Positions 57,205 to 64,000 of a stretch of DNA of 64,000 bases are shown here, in pieces. Each line of letters opens with the position of its first letter. Position 1 is the first letter of the stretch. Source of the stretch: an uncultured SAR86 cluster bacterium (GTDB taxonomy: Bacteria > Pseudomonadota > Gammaproteobacteria > Magnimaribacterales > AG-339-G14); contig CACJNS010000001.1 of NCBI GenBank assembly GCA_902594855.1, forward strand, positions 561,335 to 625,334, in the 5' to 3' direction. The notes under the pieces were generated by a model, which was given only the letters and a program-made list of their open reading frames with translations, ran no database searches and was not told the origin of the DNA. The translations under genes and the position numbers were made by a program.

Positions 57205-58731
57205 TTAATGCCTGAAATGCCTTACTTTAGTGAATAACATACTCATATCTGCCTCATTCGCAGCTTGAATTACTTCTTCATCTTTGATTGAACCTCCAGG
57301 CTGAATGATGCATTTTATGCCCAGTTCATGAGCATTATCGACGTTGTCCCTAAAAGGGAAAAATGCATCAGAAGCCATTGATGCTCCATTCAATGAGAAT
57401 CCAAATTCCTTAGCTTTAGAGGCAGCAATTTTACCGCTATCTATTCTGCTCATTTGACCTGCACCAATTCCTAATGTTTGTTCACTTGCAGCAAACACAA
57501 TTGCATTAGATTTAACATATTTACACACCTTCCATGCAAACAAAGCATTTTGTATTTCATCTTTATTGGGTGCTTTTTTGGTTACAACTTCTAAATTATC
57601 TTCGGTAATAATTTTATTATCTGCTGACTGAATAAGGAGGCCCCCAGATACAGATAAAATTTTATTTTTGTCATTTATTTTTGGTTCGAATGAGAGAACC
57701 CTTACATTAGGTTTTGCATTGAAAATTTTCAGAGATTCGTCTGAGTATGCTGGAGCAGCAACTACTTCAAGAAATTGATTATCAATCAATCTCTGCGCAA
57801 CTTCGCCTGAAACCTTCTCATTGAAGGCTATTATTCCTCCAAAAGCTGAGGTAGGATCGCTTTCAAAAGCACTTTGATAAGCATCCAATAAATTTTTTCT
57901 TGATGATACTCCACAAGGATTGGCATGTTTTACAATGACACAAGTAGGTTCAGCAAAATTACATACGCAATCGATCGCAGTATCTGTATCTGCTATGTTG
58001 TTATAAGACATCTCTTTGCCTTGATGCAGAATGGATGAAGATATCCCAAAAGGCTTTGAAAATTTATGTTTAAAAAAAGAGGCCGTCTGATGAGGATTTT
58101 CTCCGTACCTTAAATTTTCAGTTTTTTCATAACTCAAAAGAAGATTCTCTTCAAATTGGTCACCATTAAAATAGTTTGAAATCTCTAAATCGTAATTAGC
58201 TGTATGTGAAAAAACTTTGATTGCCAATTGTTTTTTTATAGATTTTGAAATAGTTTTGCTTTTTTTGAGTTCCTTTGTGACCAGATCGTAATCATTAGGA
58301 TCAACAATTGTGGTAACGTGCTCATGATTTTTTGCAGCCGCCCTCAACATCGTTGGACCACCTATATCAATTTTCTCAATTATTTCTGCTTCAGTACTAT
58401 TTGGATCTTTTGCAGTTGAATAAAAAGGATAAAGATTTACTATCACAATATCGATTTCATCGATGCTGTGTTCCTTTATGATTTTTTTATCAATTTTTCT
58501 TCGAGAGAGAATTCCTGCATGAATTTTGGGATGTAAGGTTTTGATTCTGCCATCCATTATTTCTGGAAAGCCTGTATGCTCTGAAACTTCAATAGCATCA
58601 ATATTATTTTCTTTTAGCAGCTGGTAAGTTCCGCCTGTTGAAATGATTTTGTAGTCCAGCGATACAAGATTTTTAGCAAAATCAATTATTCCTTCCTTGT
58701 TTGAGACACTAATAAGGGCAATTTTAGACAT
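57205..58731 (-). CDS. purH: Bifunctional AICAR transformylase / IMP cyclohydrolase
   Basis: ALISVSNKEG, GGPTMLRAAAKN, C-terminal RHFRH. Confidence 0.9.
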   Translation of the reverse strand: MSKIALISVSNKEGIIDFAKNLVSLDYKIISTGGTYQLLKENNIDAIEVSEHTGFPEIMDGRIKTLHPKIHAGILSRRKIDKKIIKEHSIDEIDIVIVNLYPFYSTAKDPNSTEAEIIEKIDIGGPTMLRAAAKNHEHVTTIVDPNDYDLVTKELKKSKTISKSIKKQLAIKVFSHTANYDLEISNYFNGDQFEENLLLSYEKTENLRYGENPHQTASFFKHKFSKPFGISSSILHQGKEMSYNNIADTDTAIDCVCNFAEPTCVIVKHANPCGVSSRKNLLDAYQSAFESDPTSAFGGIIAFNEKVSGEVAQRLIDNQFLEVVAAPAYSDESLKIFNAKPNVRVLSFEPKINDKNKILSVSGGLLIQSADNKIITEDNLEVVTKKAPNKDEIQNALFAWKVCKYVKSNAIVFAASEQTLGIGAGQMSRIDSGKIAASKAKEFGFSLNGASMASDAFFPFRDNVDNAHELGIKCIIQPGGSIKDEEVIQAANEADMSMLFTKVRHFRH

Positions 58732-58732
58732 C

Positions 58733-59005
58733 TTATTTTTTATTAATTTTGAGAAGGTCGTATTCTTTGAGTTTTGTTCTTAAGGTGCCCCTATTAAGGC
58801 CAAGCATTTTACTAGCCTCACTTTGATTTCCATTGCAATACTTCATTATCTCAAATAGAAGAGGCGCTTCTACTTCTTTTAGGACCATTGGATAAACATC
58901 AGATGATTTGTTGCCGTCTAACTCTCTAAGATATCTTCTGATTGATTTTCCGACCTGATATTTCAAGGAATTTTTATCGCTTGAATTATTTTTTTTTGAG
59001 ACCAT
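58733..59005 (-). CDS. fis: DNA-binding protein Fis
   Basis: GNQSEASKMLGLNRGTLRTKLKEY. 90 aa, upstream of purH as in Pseudomonas. Confidence 0.9.
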   Translation of the reverse strand: MVSKKNNSSDKNSLKYQVGKSIRRYLRELDGNKSSDVYPMVLKEVEAPLLFEIMKYCNGNQSEASKMLGLNRGTLRTKLKEYDLLKINKK

Positions 59006-59556
59006 CAGTTAACCACACTTTCTTGATTGTTTCCTATTTCCTCTAAAGAAAGTATTCCTTGATTTAGAGACATCTTTGTTACTGAACAATTATCTGGATA
59101 AAAAGTAACAATTTTTTTTGATTTTTGTAAATAACCTACCAAGACGTTTATCACCATGAAGTGTGAAAAAATTAAAGTCGGTGATTTAAAAGAATGAGTG
59201 ACTTTTATTATTTTATCTCTCCAATCTGCTTGAGGCTTTTCAAACTGATCTACATCCTTTGAAAACATTTCCCTCAACCAAAAAGGTCTTTCAGACATGT
59301 CTATCCCAGGAGAAGGAATTTCAATAAAGCTTTCATTAATTTCCACTTCCTTATTTAATTTCTTAGATATTGGTTCGGCGGTTTCTATTGCTCTTCTAAG
59401 CGGACTTGAAATGATTTGGAAATCATTCAAATCTTCTTGAGCAAGAATGTCTGAAATATTTTGGGCCTGCTCTCTGCCTCTCAGACTCAATTCTGGATCT
59501 CTATCAACTTCCCAAGATTTGGCAGCTTCTCCATGTCTTATGATGTAGATTTTCAT
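59005..59556 (-). CDS. Histidine phosphatase family protein (SixA/PGM-like)
   Basis: IYIIRHGEA and SSPLRRAIETA. Confidence 0.7.
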   Translation of the reverse strand: MKIYIIRHGEAAKSWEVDRDPELSLRGREQAQNISDILAQEDLNDFQIISSPLRRAIETAEPISKKLNKEVEINESFIEIPSPGIDMSERPFWLREMFSKDVDQFEKPQADWRDKIIKVTHSFKSPTLIFSHFMVINVLVGYLQKSKKIVTFYPDNCSVTKMSLNQGILSLEEIGNNQESVVN

Positions 59557-59602
59557 CTTTTAAACTCTGATAAAATTGAATGGTTAGCATACAAAGAAAT
59601 TC

Positions 59603-60313
59603 ATGAGAACTCCAAGGGTATTTTTAAAAACCGAATTAAAAGCAAATTCAATTATAGAGCTTGATCAAAACATTTCAGATCATTTAAAAGTTACGAACAA
59701 AAAAATTGGTCAGCAGCTTCATCTGTTTGATGGGCGAGGTAATTCAACTTTTGGAAATATCATTGAAAAAAAGAAAAAAACCTTTTTAATCAAAACAAAC
59801 AAGAATTTAAACTTTTCTAAAAAACTTAAACCAATATTTAATTTAGGCATCAGTGAGATAAAAAATTTTGATAACGTTGTAAAACAGAGCACTCCTCTTG
59901 GGATAAATTCGATAAATTGCTTATCAAGCGAAAGATCAAAAATAAGAAAAAAACCTTCTCAATCAAAAATAGAAAGATGGAAGAAAATCGCTGCAAGCAG
60001 TTGCGAACAATGCGGAATGGATTGGGTCCCTCAAATACATTCAAATGAATTAATGTCTTGGGCACATAATTCCAATGACTCTTTAAAAATTGTGTTAAAT
60101 CCCAGAGCAACTAAGTCCATTAAAGACTTGAAAAAAGCTGAAAGCCTCTCTATTGCAATCGGCCCGGAGGGCGGATTCACAGATAATGAAATAGAAAAAT
60201 TAGAAGAAGAAGGATTTATTAGCATTAATTGTGGAGATATGATTTTCAGAACAGATACAATGCCGATCGTAATATTATCAATGTTAAATTTTTCTATGAG
60301 GGATATATCATGA
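59603..60313 (+). CDS. rsmE: 16S rRNA (uracil1498-N3)-methyltransferase
   Basis: MRTPRVFL and IAIGPEGGFTDNE. Confidence 0.8.
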   Translation: MRTPRVFLKTELKANSIIELDQNISDHLKVTNKKIGQQLHLFDGRGNSTFGNIIEKKKKTFLIKTNKNLNFSKKLKPIFNLGISEIKNFDNVVKQSTPLGINSINCLSSERSKIRKKPSQSKIERWKKIAASSCEQCGMDWVPQIHSNELMSWAHNSNDSLKIVLNPRATKSIKDLKKAESLSIAIGPEGGFTDNEIEKLEEEGFISINCGDMIFRTDTMPIVILSMLNFSMRDIS

Positions 60314-61242
60314 AAATCGGTTTTGTAATGGAGCCAATTCCTGCAAAGAATCTAAAAAAGGATTCAACTTTATTACTAATGTTCGAAGCCCAAAATAATG
60401 GACACGATATATATTTTATTGATTCAAAAAATTTATTTATGAAGGACAATCAACCCTACTGTAAATATCAAAAGGTAGAAGTTTCTCTAGATGATACGAA
60501 CTTCAACGTTTTGTCCTCTTCCGAGAATACAATGAATTTTTTTGAAGTGATCATGATGCGTCAAGACCCCCCTGTTGATTACTCTTTTATAGTAAACACA
60601 ATGATTTTAGAAAAAGCTGCCGATTTAGGCGTCAACGTTATTAATAATCCTTCAAACCTAAGAAACTTAAATGAAAAAATATTTGCATTAAATTTTCCAA
60701 AATTTTGTCCGCCTACTTTGATCACATCTGATTTTGAAATATTTAATAATTTTCTTAAAGAGAATGAGCATATTGTAGTTAAGCCTCTTAACTCCATGGG
60801 TGGAGATTCTATCTTTCAACTAAAGAAGGATGATGAACATTTATCTGAAGTTTATTCAAAAATATCTAAGGAAGGTGAAGTAAAATTTATTGCGCAAAAA
60901 TTCCTTCCAGAAATTTCCATTGGAGATAAAAGAATATTAATTATCAACGGTAAAGTTCCTAAACACGCCGTTTTAAGAACACCTCCTGAAGGAGAGTTTA
61001 TAGGTAATTTGGCTGCAGGAGGATCAGCCTCAACTATTGAGCTTAATGAACAAGATAAAATTATTGCTCAGACGGTAGCAGACAAAATGTTGGATTTTGG
61101 TTTGTATATAGTTGGATTAGACATGATTGGAAATTTTCTAACAGAAATCAATTTAACAAGTCCCACTTGCTTTAGAGAACTCAATGATCAAGCAGGGGAA
61201 AACTTAGCAAAACTCTTTGTAGATGAACTATTTGGGCATTGA
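60310..61242 (+). CDS. gshB: Glutathione synthetase
   Basis: MKIGFVMEP and ATP-grasp VVKPLNSMGG. The start is taken at the ATG overlapping the rsmE stop, not the longer track ORF (60229). Confidence 0.85.
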   Translation: MKIGFVMEPIPAKNLKKDSTLLLMFEAQNNGHDIYFIDSKNLFMKDNQPYCKYQKVEVSLDDTNFNVLSSSENTMNFFEVIMMRQDPPVDYSFIVNTMILEKAADLGVNVINNPSNLRNLNEKIFALNFPKFCPPTLITSDFEIFNNFLKENEHIVVKPLNSMGGDSIFQLKKDDEHLSEVYSKISKEGEVKFIAQKFLPEISIGDKRILIINGKVPKHAVLRTPPEGEFIGNLAAGGSASTIELNEQDKIIAQTVADKMLDFGLYIVGLDMIGNFLTEINLTSPTCFRELNDQAGENLAKLFVDELFGH

Positions 61243-61627
61243 TTACGGAGAAGTTAATTATGGATTTGCGATTGGCAATTCAATTACCAAAAATTCAACA
61301 ACATATTTTTCTGAAAAAATTGCATCTGAACAAGAAGCTTTAAAATTTATAGAAAATTTAATAAAAGAGTGGGATTTAAAAGGAATTATTTTAGGATATC
61401 CACTTAATATGGATGATACTGATTCAAAACTTTCATTAAAAGTAAGCAAATTTAAAATAGCTTGTGAGCAACTGTTTGATATTGATGTTGAATTAGAAGA
61501 TGAAAGACTTACTACATGGGAAGCCAAGGAAATTATGTCTGATGAAAATAATCTTACTGATAAAAAAACAACATCTCACGCCCTTGCAGCTAAGATAATT
61601 CTTGATACTTGGCTTAACAAAAAATAA
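61223..61627 (+). CDS. ruvX: Putative pre-16S rRNA nuclease / Holliday junction resolvase-like YqgF
   Basis: LGIDYGEVNYGFAIG and EDERLTT. Confidence 0.85.
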   Translation: MNYLGIDYGEVNYGFAIGNSITKNSTTYFSEKIASEQEALKFIENLIKEWDLKGIILGYPLNMDDTDSKLSLKVSKFKIACEQLFDIDVELEDERLTTWEAKEIMSDENNLTDKKTTSHALAAKIILDTWLNKK

Positions 61628-61629
61628 TA

Positions 61630-63390
61630 ATGGCTCAATTACCCAAAGATTTTATTCAAAGAGTTTTAGATTCAACGGATATTGTCTCTTTGATTGATAG
61701 CCATGTTTCTCTTCAAAAAAGAGGAAAAGATCACTGGGCGCTCTGTCCCTTCTGCGATGATGGAAGTAAGCCTTCTTTTAGCGTAAGTCAACATAAGCAG
61801 TTTTATTATTGTTTCAAATGCAGAGCGAGTGGAAATGCAATTTCGTTTCTCACAGATCATCAAGGGCAAACTTTTATGGATGCCTTGGAATTTTTAGCAA
61901 CTAATGCAGGCATTGAAATACCTAAAAACTCCGATAGCACAAATAATGAAGATTTTAAAATTTTTGACAAAATCAATGATCTTACTCTGAAGTTTTTTCA
62001 AAAAAATCTTTCTGAGCAAAATGAATCTAGTTCTGTTTATAAATATCTTAAAAGTAGAAATATTGATGGGAAATCTTCCCAAAATTTCTCCTTAGGATAT
62101 GCAACTAAAAGCTGGGATGATTTATGCAAATATCTACTTAAAGAGGGTGTATCTAGAGAAGATATTTTGAAAACAGGATTAATCAAAACCTCTGACAAAG
62201 GTAAAGATTATGACTTTTTTAGGAATAGATTAATGTTTCCGATACGAAACAGAAGAGGGCAGGTTATAGGTTTCGGTGGCAGAGTAATTGAGAATGAAGA
62301 ACCAAAATACCTGAATTCTGCAGAATCTCTAGTATTTAAAAAAAATAGGGAGCTTTATGGCCTTTACGAATCAATTGAGCAAAATAGAAACATAAACAAA
62401 ATTTTAGTGGTTGAAGGTTATACAGACGTCATTGCTCTGTTTGCAGGTGGTTTTCCTTATGCGATGGCTACACTTGGGATAGCGACATCAAAATATCATC
62501 TTGAAAATATTCTAAAAATTACCAATGAAGTAGTTTTTTGTTTTGATGGTGATCAAGCAGGATCAGATGCAGCTAGAAGAGCAGTAGAAGTCGCACTGCC
62601 TTTCATTAATGATAATAGAAAATTCAATATTTTGTTTCTTCCTGAAGGGCAAGATCCTGCTAGCATTATTGAAGAGAATGGTACAAATAAATTTGAGGAA
62701 TATTTGAGTAAATCGGTAGTGCTTTCCAAATATATTCAAGATTCTTTTCGTGTTGGTACTGACGATTCAATAGAAACAAAAGCAAACGCTATGAGAAGTT
62801 TTCAAAATTTTATAAAGTCTATCCCACCTTCAAATTTCAAAACATTACTGGTTGAAGACTTTTCATCCAAATTAGGTTTGAAAGTTGATGAAGAAATCCA
62901 ACCATCAATAAAGAAAAAATCTTTCACGATAGAAGAAAACGAAACCTTTATAGAAAGTAAAATATTAAAAAAGATTCTAGCGGTTGTATTAGATTTTCCT
63001 GGAAGAATTAATTTAGATTTGTTTTCATATTTTGACGTCAAGTCGCAAATAAAGGAAGAAGAAACAATCGCCAAGATAATTGAATTTTGTAAATCAGCCC
63101 CCAACTATAATGCAGGTCAATTAATTGAGGAATATCCTGAATTAAAGGGAGATATTACTTCTATCGCTGCTGATGAGAATATAGTTTCTGAAGCCAAAGC
63201 TAATGAATACATTGAAGAATCGATTAATTTTTATTTAAAAAAAGAGAATATTTCAAATCATGGATATTTACAAAAAAAACTTATGGATGGAGATATTACG
63301 GAAGAAGAAAAGATCGATTTGAAAAAAAGTTTGCTTGAAAAATTTGAAGCATTAGATGATCAAGAAAAGGAGCTCCTAAAGTCTTTGTAA
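61630..63390 (+). CDS. dnaG: DNA primase
   Basis: Zinc ribbon CPFCDDGSKPSFSV..YYCFKC, RNRLMFPI and TOPRIM VVEGYTDVIAL. Confidence 0.9.
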   Translation: MAQLPKDFIQRVLDSTDIVSLIDSHVSLQKRGKDHWALCPFCDDGSKPSFSVSQHKQFYYCFKCRASGNAISFLTDHQGQTFMDALEFLATNAGIEIPKNSDSTNNEDFKIFDKINDLTLKFFQKNLSEQNESSSVYKYLKSRNIDGKSSQNFSLGYATKSWDDLCKYLLKEGVSREDILKTGLIKTSDKGKDYDFFRNRLMFPIRNRRGQVIGFGGRVIENEEPKYLNSAESLVFKKNRELYGLYESIEQNRNINKILVVEGYTDVIALFAGGFPYAMATLGIATSKYHLENILKITNEVVFCFDGDQAGSDAARRAVEVALPFINDNRKFNILFLPEGQDPASIIEENGTNKFEEYLSKSVVLSKYIQDSFRVGTDDSIETKANAMRSFQNFIKSIPPSNFKTLLVEDFSSKLGLKVDEEIQPSIKKKSFTIEENETFIESKILKKILAVVLDFPGRINLDLFSYFDVKSQIKEEETIAKIIEFCKSAPNYNAGQLIEEYPELKGDITSIAADENIVSEAKANEYIEESINFYLKKENISNHGYLQKKLMDGDITEEEKIDLKKSLLEKFEALDDQEKELLKSL

Positions 63391-63406
63391 CTTTTTTACA
63401 TATTTA

Positions 63407-63435
63407 TTCAAACTTTAGCTCTTAGAAGATATAAT
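63407..63435 (+). promoter_or_regulatory. Candidate sigma70 promoter for rpoD (TTCAAA-17 bp-TATAAT)
   Basis: -35 at 63407-63412 and -10 at 63430-63435, about 22 nt before the rpoD ATG. AT-rich DNA makes chance matches likely. Confidence 0.3.
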
Positions 63436-63457
63436 CAACGACCTTTTTTAGAAACAC

Positions 63458-64000
63458 ATGTACGAAGACGATTTAGAGAATAGCGGTTTAAGAGAACTCA
63501 TTGAAAAAGGGAGAGAGCAAGGATATATCTCTTATGCTGATATCAATGATTTCTTACCAGAAGATGTATCAGACCCTGATCAACTTGAAGAAGTTATTTC
63601 TCTTATAAACGAATTAGGACTCGAAGTTTTAGAGAATCCTCCTGCCGAGGGCTCAGATTTCATGCCTGCTGCTGAAGATCCACAGGAACAATCAGATCCA
63701 GAAGGTGAAATAGCTATTGAGTCAGAAGTAGGCAGAACAACAGATCCAGTAAGGTTGTACATGAGAGAAATGGGGTCCGTTGATTTATTAACACGAGAAG
63801 GCGAAATTTCAATAGCTAAACGTATTGAGGATGGAGCCAGAGATCTACTTAGTGCATGTGTTCATTATCCTGGAGTGGTTGAGGGAATAATAGAGGACTA
63901 TAAGCTAACTAAAAAAGGAGAAAAAAGGATTTCAGACTTGATTGTTGGCTTTATGGACGAGGATGAGGCTCCTTCGGAAGCTGCTGCTAATAAAAACATA
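63458..64000 (+). CDS. rpoD: RNA polymerase sigma factor RpoD (N-terminal 181 codons, truncated by window end)
   Basis: Not in the ORF track (no stop codon). My translation reads MYEDDLENSGLRELIEKGREQGYISYADINDFLPE...TTDPVRLYMREMG...LLTREGEISIAKRIE, the region 1.1/1.2 signature. Follows dnaG. Confidence 0.9.
   Translation, partial: MYEDDLENSGLRELIEKGREQGYISYADINDFLPEDVSDPDQLEEVISLINELGLEVLENPPAEGSDFMPAAEDPQEQSDPEGEIAIESEVGRTTDPVRLYMREMGSVDLLTREGEISIAKRIEDGARDLLSACVHYPGVVEGIIEDYKLTKKGEKRISDLIVGFMDEDEAPSEAAANKNI

Noticed and set aside
60229-60309. N-terminal extension of gshB in the ORF track (337 aa).
   Set aside because: The extension overlaps the rsmE C-terminus in another frame. MKIGFVMEP at 60310 is the conserved GshB start and overlaps the rsmE stop (ATGA).
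1-64000. IS elements, transposases, prophage structural genes, toxin-antitoxin pairs and rRNA genes.
   Set aside because: No ORF shows DDE/transposase, capsid/terminase or classic toxin motifs, and no terminal inverted repeats flank any segment. Apart from the small structured elements and motif arrays already annotated as features, the intergenic spaces are too short for hidden RNA genes.

Overview
This window is a visibly AT-rich, very gene-dense stretch of gammaproteobacterial chromosome. Many genes overlap by 1-40 nt, and convergent genes abut with 0-4 nt spacers. The core gene order parallels E. coli/Pseudomonas blocks, so a streamlined, possibly marine gammaproteobacterium is likely, but the lineage is inference only. 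I can support about 75 CDS and one tRNA. I found no rRNA, CRISPR array or IS element. The core blocks are: mutY-yggX; hisBHAF; gpmA; glnII-ntrB-ntrC; yqiB-yqiA; ubiA/rubredoxin; hppA; gmk-rpoZ-spoT-ridA-recG; pyrE; ribE; rpsU/tsaD-folB-folK; cca-apaH-rsmA-pdxA-surA-lptD; amgK-murU; rpe; trpEGDC; purDH-fis; and rsmE-gshB-ruvX-dnaG-rpoD (rpoD is cut by the window end). The clear accessory feature is a compact island of about 4.2 kb (2659-6933) inserted in tRNA-Phe and bounded by a 46-nt direct repeat of the tRNA 3' end. It carries a tyrosine integrase, an SPPY (probably m4C) methyltransferase, an MvaI/BcnI-like endonuclease, a miniature protein with ordered HUH (Rep_1-like) rolling-circle motifs next to a CTTGA nick-site-like sequence, a ribbon-helix-helix protein, and TGTGTTA motif arrays at both ends. 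This island is my best candidate for something not yet described. Other points worth a look are: an NtrC homolog with no sigma54 AAA+ core, next to a type II glutamine synthetase; a Gfo/Idh/MocA-aldo/keto reductase fusion in a glycoside locus; a membrane-anchored DhlA-like dehalogenase; and an apparent ~27 kb inversion that splits the rpsU-dnaG-rpoD operon. All calls rest on reading the translations and the DNA by eye. No searches were run, and hand-counted motif coordinates may be off by 1-2 nt.
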